From NCBI GenBank assembly GCA_001795735.1, contig MGKQ01000020.1:52050-116049 (forward strand): a DNA stretch of 64,000 bases. The letters are read 5' to 3'. Source of the stretch: Candidatus Yanofskybacteria bacterium RIFCSPLOWO2_02_FULL_41_13. GTDB taxonomy: Bacteria; Patescibacteriota; Minisyncoccia; 2-02-FULL-40-12; GWA2-44-9. Below, one piece after another: positions 1 through 9,233 of the stretch (position 1 is the first letter of the stretch; every line of letters starts with the position of its first letter). Under the pieces are notes generated by a model, which worked only from the letters and a program-made list of their open reading frames with translations, searched no databases and was not told where the DNA came from. A program made the position numbers and the translations under genes.

Positions 1-51
1 GGCGGTTTTATAGATGCCGGCGCCATTAATAACTGGCGCATATTTAGAATA

Positions 52-678
52 ATGGCTGAGTTCGTTGAGGGGTGGCAGTTTCTAAGCCACTATAATAAAA
101 AGGTTACTATCTTTGGTTCTGCCCGTTCAAGTCCGGAAAGTAAGTGGTATAAAGAGGCTGTTAAGCTTGGCAAAATGTTGGCCGAAGACGGTTTTGACAT
201 AGTAACCGGCGGAGGGCCAGGAATAATGGAAGCGGCAAACCGGGGAGCAAGTGATGCTAGTAAAAATAAAAAAGATTCAAAGAAAATCATCGGAGAATCT
301 ATCGGACTTGATATTCAACTACCCCTAGAGCAGAGGAAAAATAAATATGTTCAAAAAGGGCGGGGATTTTATTATTTTTTTGTAAGAAAGGTCATGCTAT
401 CGTATCATTCCCGCGGATATGTATTTTTTCCCGGAGGATACGGAACTCTGGATGAAGTTTTTGAGCTATTAACCCTGGTTCAAACCAATAAACTTGATCG
501 AGTGCCAATTATTCTCGCGGGTAAAGATTATTGGAATCCGCTTTTGGACTGGCTTAAAACAACAGTATTTGGTCAGTCTAGAAATATAAGCAAAGAAGAT
601 CTGGATATCTATTCGATCGTTGATACGGCGGAAGAAATCTACTCGATAATTAAAAAATCAGTAAATAAAGTAAAATAG
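52..678 (+). CDS. LOG family protein (cytokinin riboside 5'-monophosphate phosphoribohydrolase-like, Rossmann fold)
   Basis: GGGPGIMEA motif and overall layout typical of LOG/TIGR00730 family. Confidence 0.8.
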   Translation: MAEFVEGWQFLSHYNKKVTIFGSARSSPESKWYKEAVKLGKMLAEDGFDIVTGGGPGIMEAANRGASDASKNKKDSKKIIGESIGLDIQLPLEQRKNKYVQKGRGFYYFFVRKVMLSYHSRGYVFFPGGYGTLDEVFELLTLVQTNKLDRVPIILAGKDYWNPLLDWLKTTVFGQSRNISKEDLDIYSIVDTAEEIYSIIKKSVNKVK

Positions 679-725
679 ACTACCCCGAGCATATACTCGG
701 GGCAGTTTTTGGTTAGTCCGAGTTT

Positions 726-757
726 TTTGACAAATTAATAATTTAGATGTATTATAA
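726..757 (+). promoter_or_regulatory. sigma-70-like promoter TTGACA-17-TATTAT(AAT)
   Basis: seen directly upstream of the 788 gene. Confidence 0.4.
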
Positions 758-787
758 TAAAACTAGCTTTTTGAAAAGGAGAAAAAT

Positions 788-1585
788 GTGAGGATTTTTG
801 CGGCTATTTTGTCGTTTACTTTGCTATTTTCAGGAGTTTGTTTTGGACAGAGCAGGGGTGAAAATAAAGTTAATTTCGGTGTTGAATTAAGATGGATTAA
901 CTTCGGCTTTCAAGCAAGCAGAGTCGAGGTAAGAAATATTCCAGAATTTTTTAGACAAGTTCCCGTTCATGAGAAAGACGGCCACCTTAACTTACCTGGC
1001 CAGATCGTAACTGTTCCATCAGATATGATAAAGCCTGGCTTGGTGGCGTTTTACTCTCCGACGCTGGCTCCCGAAATCAACGTAGGAAGATATACGGTCA
1101 GGGGTGGAATCAGCATGGATATCGCTTTAAAACCCCACGCTCTTAAGGGAAACAAGGATTCGACGCGGGAAGTTCATCAGTATGATTCAGGAACGTCTAG
1201 GGGTTCCGGCACTTCACTAGCTTTTTATGCAATTGAAGCAGAAAATAAAATGAAGCTGGGATGGCTGGGCGAGGTAGAGTATAGAGCCGATGATGAGTAT
1301 TCTTTTTTAGCAGGATATGCGGTTTCAAAATACGATATGCGGATTACTAACGGTTGGGATAGGTATAATTTGCTTGAAATACACAGCGAGTATAAGATAT
1401 CTACGAGCAGAGTCGATAAAAAATATCTTGGATTTAGAATTAACAGCGGAAGCAGGACAAGCGTTCTGCTACTGGGAGGAATTTATTCAGAGAAAATGAC
1501 GCCGACTTCTATCGGTAAGACAATGAATATAAAATACGGCGGATCGTATTTTATCAGTTTTGGTTTTTCGATCTCGGTTGATTGA
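788..1585 (+). CDS. hypothetical secreted protein (N-terminal signal peptide, C-terminal aromatic-rich beta strands)
   Basis: Hydrophobic N-terminus followed by a polar beta-rich sequence ending FGFSISVD. GTG start in track. Consensus-like TTGACA-17-TATTAT promoter upstream at ~726-757. Confidence 0.45.
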   Translation: MRIFAAILSFTLLFSGVCFGQSRGENKVNFGVELRWINFGFQASRVEVRNIPEFFRQVPVHEKDGHLNLPGQIVTVPSDMIKPGLVAFYSPTLAPEINVGRYTVRGGISMDIALKPHALKGNKDSTREVHQYDSGTSRGSGTSLAFYAIEAENKMKLGWLGEVEYRADDEYSFLAGYAVSKYDMRITNGWDRYNLLEIHSEYKISTSRVDKKYLGFRINSGSRTSVLLLGGIYSEKMTPTSIGKTMNIKYGGSYFISFGFSISVD

Positions 1586-1673
1586 AGATCAAAGGAATCC
1601 AAATAAGGATTCTTTTTTTTGTAAAAATTAGATTGTTGATTTTATATATTGGCAGTGAGATAATTGAGCAATT

Positions 1674-1892
1674 ATGAGAGTCTTAGTAAAAGCAAAACCA
1701 AGTTCAAGAGAATATGGCATTGAAAAAATTTCCGAGAATAATTTTGTTGTCTCGGTAAAAGAACCGCCGGTCAGAGGACAGGCCAATGAGGGAATAATCA
1801 GGACGCTGGCTGAGTATTTCGGCGTTTCAAGATCTCAGGTTAGGATAGTCTCCGGCTGGACTTCGAGAAATAAGATAATAGAAATATTATAG
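1674..1892 (+). CDS. DUF167 (YggU-like) family protein
   Basis: 72 aa, KVKAKP...REGKANEALI...LAK.F.V..S.V.IVSG.TSR.K.I-type pattern. Confidence 0.6.
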   Translation: MRVLVKAKPSSREYGIEKISENNFVVSVKEPPVRGQANEGIIRTLAEYFGVSRSQVRIVSGWTSRNKIIEIL

Positions 1893-1940
1893 GATAGGGT
1901 TGCCTAATTTAGGCCGTTTTGATATAAAAGTTATATAAAT

Positions 1941-2306
1941 ATGACCAAGAAAAATCTATACTTACTGATGCTTGTTGCCGGAGTTGCTCTCATAGCTTTC
2001 TCTATCTTTGATAAGGGTAAATTAGATGTCGCCGATATGGAGAATGAGGATACTACGAAGGTAGCGGCTACCGAGACGGAAGATGCCGATTACCTGGAAG
2101 GCGTTCTTTATGCTTCTGAAGACATGAGTAGGGGAAACTTGAAACTTGTTTCGGACGGAAGAAATATTTATATGAGAACTAGCAGGGACTTTAGCAGATT
2201 GATCGGATTGCAGGTGCTGGTTTTTATGGAAGGAGCATTAGACAATTTCGAACTTATAGATATCCAGCCTAAACTCGAGAAGAACGGTTACATTCTTCAG
2301 CAATAA
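1941..2306 (+). CDS. hypothetical membrane-anchored protein
   Basis: N-terminal TM/signal anchor, acidic linker. Confidence 0.4.
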   Translation: MTKKNLYLLMLVAGVALIAFSIFDKGKLDVADMENEDTTKVAATETEDADYLEGVLYASEDMSRGNLKLVSDGRNIYMRTSRDFSRLIGLQVLVFMEGALDNFELIDIQPKLEKNGYILQQ

Positions 2307-2376
2307 TTATCTATCTCAATTTACTCCAGGCTCCAAGCCTCTTTATTATTAGCCCGAAAAATGGTATAATCGGGCA

Positions 2377-2631
2377 ATGAGGATTCTCTATATCTCTCTG
2401 TTTACTCTGTTGGGCGTACTGGTCCAGTTTGTTATCCATAGCGTTGTCGAGCAATGGTATATCAAGCTTTTGATAAGCGATTTTGAAAAATATAGCCTTG
2501 GCTGGTTGTGGGACGTATGGTTTTCAATTCATTATGTCGGTTCTATCATCCTGCTTGCTGTCGGTATCATTGCCGGCTATTATCTGGGCAAATATTGGTG
2601 GGGGAGGATTTATGAAAAGAAACAAATATGA
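2377..2631 (+). CDS. small membrane protein
   Basis: two predicted TM helices; stop overlaps next start (ATGA). Confidence 0.35.
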   Translation: MRILYISLFTLLGVLVQFVIHSVVEQWYIKLLISDFEKYSLGWLWDVWFSIHYVGSIILLAVGIIAGYYLGKYWWGRIYEKKQI

Positions 2632-4193
2632 AATTATGGATAAGAATAAAAAGTAAAAAGTTTATCTGGATAACCGCAATCATCGTCGGGGTAGTGTTAA
2701 TTATTTTGATGACCAAAGGCGGATCGGAAAAGGCATATGAATTTATAACTGTAAGCAGGGGCGAGCTTGTTCAGGAAGTAAGTGTTACTGGAAAGATAAA
2801 ACCTACCCAATCTGTGGACTTGCAGTTTGAAAGTTCGGGACGGATATCGGCCATTAATTACAAGGTCGGAGGCCATGTAAACAGAGGTGCGGTAATTGCT
2901 TCCCTCGAGAACCAAGATCTTCAAGCGGCAGTTACTTCGGCGAGGGCAGACCTGGATAAAACAGTAAGAAACTTTAATTCCCTGAACAATTCATTGGTCT
3001 ATTCTTCTCTTCGTGTTGAGTTAGATAATGCCGAGAACAGCCTTAAGCGAGTAGAGGAGCAAGCTGATAGCGATCTAGCATCGGAGTATAATGATGCTTT
3101 TAATGCTATTCGTGAGGCGATGACTCAGATAAACACATCCTCCGTTGTCTTAGAATATTTGAGAAAGACGCATCTTGAGGCAAAGCATCCCTGGGACTCT
3201 ACCGTTAAACAGTATCAGAATGAAGTTAAAAACGGAGTTAACGGTGTTTTATCCGTATTATCGGCGATTAATCAATCAAACGTAACAATTACTCCTAATA
3301 TGTATAATGAGATAGACTTGGCTTTGCAGGAAGCTTTAAGCGCCTGCCAATCTTTGCGAGGAGCATTTACGTATCTTCAAGGCGAGGTCCAGAGTAATTC
3401 TTATCTGATATCATCGTCAACGGATAGGACGAGTCTTAACACCGAAGCGGTTGCTATCTCTTCAGACCTTTCGGCAATATCAAGTTCTATTCGGAGTATA
3501 ACCGACCAGAAAGTAGCAAATAATAAAAACATTTCTGACGCAAATGCAAAACTGGCTACGGCCAAAGCGGCTTTCCCAGCATCCGAAGATATTCTCGAGA
3601 AAGAAGCGGCTTTACTATCGGCCCAATCTCAATTGCGCAAGGCGCTCGTTGTGGCTCCTTTCGCAGGTATCATCGGTAAGATCGATGTTGAGGCTGGCCA
3701 GACCGTGACTTCATCAACCGTAATCGTATCTCTTATCTCTGCGGCTAACTATCAAATCGAGGCTAACATAACAGAAATTGACATAGGCAAATTGAGAGTC
3801 GGCAACCAAGCCGTACTTACTCTCGATGCTTATGGTTCCCAAACTGCTTTTCAGGCAGTAGTTTCGGCAATTGATACATCGGCTACCGTTATCGAGGGGG
3901 TTACTACATATAAGACTATTTTTGATTTTGAGGGCTATGTTGATCAAGGAATCCGTCCGAATATGACTGCGAATATAGATATCCAGACGGCAAAGAAAGA
4001 AAATATTATTTCTGTTCCTCAGCGAGCGGTTATCTCAAAGAACGGCGACCGGCTTGTAAAAATTTATCGGGGAGATGGCATTGAACCGGAAGAAAGAGCT
4101 GTCCAGCTGGGAATGTCCGGGAAGGATGGCTACGTTGAAATTACAAGCGGTCTTTCAGAAGGCGAACAGGTTATTACTTTTATCAATGATTAA
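2628..4193 (+). CDS. efflux transporter periplasmic adaptor subunit (HlyD/MacA family)
   Basis: N-terminal TM anchor, biotin-lipoyl-like halves separated by long coiled coil, C-terminal beta-barrel domain; followed by ABC ATPase and permease. Confidence 0.75.
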   Translation: MKLWIRIKSKKFIWITAIIVGVVLIILMTKGGSEKAYEFITVSRGELVQEVSVTGKIKPTQSVDLQFESSGRISAINYKVGGHVNRGAVIASLENQDLQAAVTSARADLDKTVRNFNSLNNSLVYSSLRVELDNAENSLKRVEEQADSDLASEYNDAFNAIREAMTQINTSSVVLEYLRKTHLEAKHPWDSTVKQYQNEVKNGVNGVLSVLSAINQSNVTITPNMYNEIDLALQEALSACQSLRGAFTYLQGEVQSNSYLISSSTDRTSLNTEAVAISSDLSAISSSIRSITDQKVANNKNISDANAKLATAKAAFPASEDILEKEAALLSAQSQLRKALVVAPFAGIIGKIDVEAGQTVTSSTVIVSLISAANYQIEANITEIDIGKLRVGNQAVLTLDAYGSQTAFQAVVSAIDTSATVIEGVTTYKTIFDFEGYVDQGIRPNMTANIDIQTAKKENIISVPQRAVISKNGDRLVKIYRGDGIEPEERAVQLGMSGKDGYVEITSGLSEGEQVITFIND

Positions 4194-4914
4194 TAACAGC
4201 GAAATTCTATTAAGAATCAGGGGATTAGAAAAGATTTATAGTGATGACGGTGGAACCGAAACTCCCGCTCTTCGCGGGGTTTCTTTTGATATTCGAAAAG
4301 GGGAGTTTCTGGCGATAATGGGGCCATCCGGCTCGGGCAAATCCACCCTCCTTCATATACTTGGGTTTTTAGATAGGCCAAGCGGGGGTAGCTATATTTT
4401 TGAGAACAAAGAAATGAACAGTTATAACAATGACGAACTGGCCCAGCTCCGCAATAAAAAATTTGGTTTTATTTTTCAAGCCTTTAATCTTTTAGCCAGA
4501 TCCAGTGTAATGGAAAATGTTAAACTGCCGTTGGCCTATGCTGATGTTCCGGAAGCAAAGCAAACCCCGATAGCCATGAAGGCAATCGATGCCGTCGGTC
4601 TTTCTCACCGTGTTTATCATGAGTCCTCTAAACTATCAGGCGGAGAAAAACAGCGGGTAGCTATAGCCCGGGCTTTAGTCAATGATCCTGAGGTTATTTT
4701 TGCCGACGAACCGACCGGGAATCTCGATTCAAAATCTGGCGGACAGGTAATGGAATTCATAGATAAGCTTCATAATCAGGGGCACACTATAATATTAATA
4801 ACTCACGAGACTTACACGGCTGAATATGCCGAAAGAATCATTAAATTAAAAGACGGTTTGATCGAAAGTGATGAAAAAGTTTCGAGCCGCCACCATGCCG
4901 AATTTAAGAAATAA
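4186..4914 (+). CDS. ABC transporter ATP-binding protein (MacB/LolD type)
   Basis: Walker [18 protein letters not shown] signature, Walker B IFADEPT. Track ORF starts at 4075 and overlaps the adaptor. In-frame ATG at 4186 (MINNSEILL) is the likely start. Confidence 0.85.
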   Translation: MINNSEILLRIRGLEKIYSDDGGTETPALRGVSFDIRKGEFLAIMGPSGSGKSTLLHILGFLDRPSGGSYIFENKEMNSYNNDELAQLRNKKFGFIFQAFNLLARSSVMENVKLPLAYADVPEAKQTPIAMKAIDAVGLSHRVYHESSKLSGGEKQRVAIARALVNDPEVIFADEPTGNLDSKSGGQVMEFIDKLHNQGHTIILITHETYTAEYAERIIKLKDGLIESDEKVSSRHHAEFKK

Positions 4915-4931
4915 ACTTTCATAAACGAAAA

Positions 4932-6170
4932 ATGACATTAGGCAATACATTCAAAACTTCAATTAAGGGCTTGTTAACTCACAAGTCGAGGTCAATTTTA
5001 ACTATTCTCGGCATTGTTATCGGCATCACGGCGATAATGCTGGTTATGGCGGTAAGCCGGGGAGCAAAAGATCTGATACTTTCCCAGATACAAGGTTTGG
5101 GATCGCAGACAATAATCGTTCGGGCGGGGCGTGAGCCCGAAGGTCCTTCGGACTTCGCTTCAATTTTTACAACATCGCTTAAGGACAGGGAAGTCCAGGC
5201 TTTAAAAAATCCGGCATTTGTCAGAGGAGTTTTAGCGGTCGCTCCCAATGTTATCGGTTCGGGTACGGCTCTTTACGGAAGTGAAACAAAAAACGCCAGT
5301 TTGCTCGGAACGACGACTGATATTCTTCAGGCCCTTGAAATTCAGCCTCGATACGGCGCTTTTTTCAGTGAAGCCGATGTTGCCGCCCATTCAAGCGTTG
5401 CCGTTCTGGGATCTGAAGTCAAAGAAGAGCTTTTCGGCGATTCAGATGCGGTGGGGGAAACGATAAAATTTTATGACCGGAATTTTAAAGTTATCGGCGT
5501 ATTTGATAATATAGGACAAATAGGAGCTTTCGATATAGATACAAATATTATTGTTCCGGTAACAACCGCCAATCAGTATTTGCTCGGCAACAACCACTAC
5601 ACCGTAATTATGGTCAGGGTTGAATCGGAGGCTGTTATTGAAAGAGCTGCCGACGATATTCGCCAGACTCTCCGCGAGCTTCACGGCATAACTGATCCGG
5701 ATAAGGATGATTTTTTTGTGGCTACTCAGGCTGATCTGGCCGAGAGGGTCGGCACTATTACCGGAATTTTATCGGCTCTTCTTCTTTCGGTTGCGGCAAT
5801 CTCTCTTGTTGTCGGCGGGATTGGAATTATGAATATTATGCTTGTGTCGGTAACAGAAAGGACGCGGGAAATAGGCTTGCGCAAGGCCGTGGGTGCAACT
5901 ACGGGAGATATCTTGAGGCAATTTCTTTTTGAATCAGTCCTGTTAACTTCAGTCGGAGGCGTTATCGGCATTAGTCTGGGAGCGGTCTTGTCACTGCTTG
6001 CGTCTGTCATTCTCACCAGATTTTTAGAAGTTAACTGGGGATTTGCGTTTCCAATAACCGGAGCCCTGCTTGGTTTTGGGGTATCGGCTTTAGTCGGTCT
6101 CATATTTGGAATATATCCGGCCCGCCAAGCATCACGCAAGAGTCCAATAGAAGCTTTGCGATATGAGTAG
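4932..6170 (+). CDS. ABC transporter permease (FtsX/MacB-like)
   Basis: N-terminal TM, large periplasmic domain, C-terminal 3 TM bundle typical of MacB permeases. Confidence 0.8.
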   Translation: MTLGNTFKTSIKGLLTHKSRSILTILGIVIGITAIMLVMAVSRGAKDLILSQIQGLGSQTIIVRAGREPEGPSDFASIFTTSLKDREVQALKNPAFVRGVLAVAPNVIGSGTALYGSETKNASLLGTTTDILQALEIQPRYGAFFSEADVAAHSSVAVLGSEVKEELFGDSDAVGETIKFYDRNFKVIGVFDNIGQIGAFDIDTNIIVPVTTANQYLLGNNHYTVIMVRVESEAVIERAADDIRQTLRELHGITDPDKDDFFVATQADLAERVGTITGILSALLLSVAAISLVVGGIGIMNIMLVSVTERTREIGLRKAVGATTGDILRQFLFESVLLTSVGGVIGISLGAVLSLLASVILTRFLEVNWGFAFPITGALLGFGVSALVGLIFGIYPARQASRKSPIEALRYE

Positions 6171-6277
6171 CTTGGCGAGGCTCATCCCTTTGCTAGGGTC
6201 GGCCCGCCAAACCTCCTTGAAAAGTCCGATAGAAGCGCTAAAATACGAATAGTTGACTTTTTACCGGATCTTTAAAA

Positions 6278-6619
6278 ATGGATGGTAAAAAACATTGCGA
6301 CTTCGGACCCATTTTCTGGGCACATCTTTTCTATATAATTCTTATCTATATTTCTCCCTTTTGGCTGGATTGGAGATGGATGCCTTTGGGTGTCATAGGC
6401 ATGTATCTTCAATGGTACTACTTTGGCGGATGTTTTCTTACAAAATTAGAATTTGGGGAAAGTGAGCATAATAACTTTAATTGGTACTATCTCAATAGGC
6501 TGGGATTTAATGTCAGCTTAAAGAGGGTTAAGATTTTTACGGATTATTTGATTCCAATTTTCTTGTTTGTCTTTGCATTTGTTTGGCAGTTTATACTTGG
6601 ACATGCGGCTTGGCTTTGA
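6278..6619 (+). CDS. hypothetical membrane protein
   Basis: multi-TM, Trp/Tyr-rich. Confidence 0.35.
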   Translation: MDGKKHCDFGPIFWAHLFYIILIYISPFWLDWRWMPLGVIGMYLQWYYFGGCFLTKLEFGESEHNNFNWYYLNRLGFNVSLKRVKIFTDYLIPIFLFVFAFVWQFILGHAAWL

Positions 6620-6757
6620 GCCGCTTTTTTATCCCGCTAATAATAAGTGCGGGGATTTTGTTTAAATAAATATCCAACGACGTTCTGTATTCTAATTTGC
6701 AATTAATATATTTTTACTTATAATTCAAGCATGTAGATTTTTAAAAACGGTGAGAAT

Positions 6758-7090
6758 ATGGGTGATAACTTAAAGGTTGTAAAATTTCCTGACGCCAAGG
6801 ATAGACCAGCTGAAAGAGCTGGGAAAAGTAATGGTGCTGAAGTTACGAATATGACCGAATGGAAAAGAAAATATTTCAGAATAAACAATGAGGTGGGTGC
6901 GCTTGAAGAAGATGTTATTTTTGCCAGAAAAAAGATCATGGAAATTTTAAAAAAACTTGATTGTAATACTGTGGTGGAGGAGGCTTGGATCGGTAGGGCC
7001 CCATTTTGTCTTTACGTTGAAGCTCATCTTCGGGGAGTCGAATCTTTGGAAAGTGATATAATTCGTATAAAAATAGAGTCGGATCTATAG
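6758..7090 (+). CDS. hypothetical protein
   Basis: ORF only, no recognisable motifs. Confidence 0.3.
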   Translation: MGDNLKVVKFPDAKDRPAERAGKSNGAEVTNMTEWKRKYFRINNEVGALEEDVIFARKKIMEILKKLDCNTVVEEAWIGRAPFCLYVEAHLRGVESLESDIIRIKIESDL

Positions 7091-7220
7091 AGTTAATATG
7101 TCGGTGAATAGCACCGACTTTTTTTATTCTGCACATAACAAGTTATGCGTGGGGTTGAATTTCTTCCGTATTTGTAATACTATTTTAGTCTTAAGTACGT
7201 TAAAAAACGGAGATAGGGGA

Positions 7221-9173
7221 ATGATCAAACAGGCATCTCGTATATTGGTTTTTGCGGTTACGATATTGGTTGGTACTAATCTTATCTTTGCCGATGAGGG
7301 AATGTGGCTTTTGAGCAATTTGCCACTAAACGAACTTAGGCAGAAGTATAATTTTGTTCCTTCAGATCAATGGACTGAGCAGGTTCAGAAGAGTTCTGCT
7401 CGGTTACCCAATTGTTCAGCTTCGCTTGTTTCTTCAGATGGTCTGATAATGACCAACGGACATTGTGCTCAGGAGGCTGTGCAAGCTTTAAGTACGCCCC
7501 AGAACAATCTGTATGAGAACGGATTTTACGCCAGAACTTTACTTGCAGAAAAGAAGACAAGCTTGAATCTCAAAGTTCTGATAAGCGTTGAAGACAGAGG
7601 CGTTCAGAAGCAGGGTCTGGTTTGTGAGGAAGTTATTCTTTATCAGGGCGGTCAGTACAACAACTATTGTTATAAAGTTTATGATGATATCAGACTTGTT
7701 TTCTCCAGTGAAAAAAATACATGGTTTTTCGGCGGTGATGCCGATAACTTTGAATATCCGCGCTTCGCAATGGACGTTGCGTTTCTAAGAGCCTATGAAA
7801 ATGATAAACCAGCTCAGACTTCTAACCATTTTAAGTGGTCAAAGTCAGGAGCATCCGAAGACGAACTTATATTTGTTTCGGGTCATCCGGGAAGTACGGA
7901 ACGTATGCTGACTTCAGCAGCTCTTGAAACTGAGCGGGATATAAAAGCTCCATTTATTCTGGATCTTATAAGGCGGCGTGAGATCACTACTCAGCAATTT
8001 ATGCTGAGGGGTAAGGAACAGACACGTATTGCCAAGTCAGATCTGTTTAGCTGGCAGAACGGCAGAAAACTTTATACTGGCAAGATAAGAGGATTGCAGG
8101 ACTTAGATTTAACTGACAGTAAGAAGATCTATGAAAAAAAAGTTACAGATGATGCTAAAAATAAGCCCCATCTGACAAAAAAGCTAGAAGACGGTCGTTT
8201 GATGGTTGCCGACGCCCAAACAGCTATCAGAGAGATATATTCTAAAGTTGTTCTTCTTCTGGCCAGACACGGATTTGATAGTAGATTGTTTAAGTACGCC
8301 CAGAGTCTTGTCTCAGGAAACCAACAATTTGCCGAATCAGTTCTTGAGGAAAGAAACAACGAGCCTCCGCTTAATCTCGAATATGAAGAGGCAAAGTTAA
8401 GGGACTCTCTAACTCATTTTACTGAAGTTTTTGGAGTAAATAATCTGGCGACACAAGATCTCCTAATGCGGTACCATGAGCGGCCGTCGGATGTTGCCAG
8501 TTTATTAATTTCGAGTACTAGGCTAGCAGATTTCAATGAGCATAAATTAATTGTTCAAGAGTTTATAAAGTCAGGTAGTTTGCCGTTTGGCAACGGGGAT
8601 TTAATTGTTGGATTGGTTCGGGACATTCAAGTCAAACATGCTCCGCAGTATGAAAAAGCATGGCACGATGCTCTTGAAAAAGAACGACAAGGCTATGCTA
8701 AAATATCGGAGGTATTATTTGAACTTTACGGAACAGATATATATCCCGATGCAACATTTACTTTGAGATTATCATTTGGCACGGTGTCGGGCTATGAAGA
8801 AAACGGCAGGCAGATTGCACCGTTTACAACAATTGGCCAAGCATTTGCCCACTCGGCTGAATTTGATAATACCGGAGATCACCAGTTGCCCTTAAGCTGG
8901 TATAAAGCCAGACGGCTTTTAAGGTCAGCCACGCCTCTGAATTTTACTTCAAATCTGGACATTACCGGCGGTAACTCGGGAAGTCCGGTATTTAACAAAG
9001 AGTTAGAAATTGTCGGTCTGGTCTTTGATGGCAATATTCATAGCTTGGTGAGCGATTATGACTATAACTATTCCCCAAAATCAAGAGCCATTTCTGTTCA
9101 TTCTTCCGGTATTCTGGAAATGTTACAGAAAGTGTACAAAGCAGACAGGCTGGTCAAAGAATTGACCCGATAG
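7221..9173 (+). CDS. S46 family serine peptidase (dipeptidyl-peptidase 7/11-like)
   Basis: Signal peptide then DEGMW motif, TNGHC catalytic His motif, GGNSGSPV catalytic Ser. Start placed at ATG 7221 with upstream GGAGATAGGGGA RBS (track ORF 7098). Confidence 0.75.
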   Translation: MIKQASRILVFAVTILVGTNLIFADEGMWLLSNLPLNELRQKYNFVPSDQWTEQVQKSSARLPNCSASLVSSDGLIMTNGHCAQEAVQALSTPQNNLYENGFYARTLLAEKKTSLNLKVLISVEDRGVQKQGLVCEEVILYQGGQYNNYCYKVYDDIRLVFSSEKNTWFFGGDADNFEYPRFAMDVAFLRAYENDKPAQTSNHFKWSKSGASEDELIFVSGHPGSTERMLTSAALETERDIKAPFILDLIRRREITTQQFMLRGKEQTRIAKSDLFSWQNGRKLYTGKIRGLQDLDLTDSKKIYEKKVTDDAKNKPHLTKKLEDGRLMVADAQTAIREIYSKVVLLLARHGFDSRLFKYAQSLVSGNQQFAESVLEERNNEPPLNLEYEEAKLRDSLTHFTEVFGVNNLATQDLLMRYHERPSDVASLLISSTRLADFNEHKLIVQEFIKSGSLPFGNGDLIVGLVRDIQVKHAPQYEKAWHDALEKERQGYAKISEVLFELYGTDIYPDATFTLRLSFGTVSGYEENGRQIAPFTTIGQAFAHSAEFDNTGDHQLPLSWYKARRLLRSATPLNFTSNLDITGGNSGSPVFNKELEIVGLVFDGNIHSLVSDYDYNYSPKSRAISVHSSGILEMLQKVYKADRLVKELTR

Positions 9174-9233
9174 TCCTGACTTAACGTCGGGATTTTTTAT
9201 TACAAAAGGTCGTAAGTTTGTTATAATAAAGAT

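Noticed and set aside
1317-1499. nested 60-aa ORF inside 788..1585 and various 60-90 aa antisense ORFs (e.g. 90..290, 2697..2924, 5726..6139, 9581..9838, 22351..22833, 34255..34749, 39525..39740, 40065..40397)
   Set aside because: They are embedded in or antisense to well-supported longer genes. Their composition is typical of shadow ORFs, e.g. the GVGS-rich translation antisense to the TPDP repeat.
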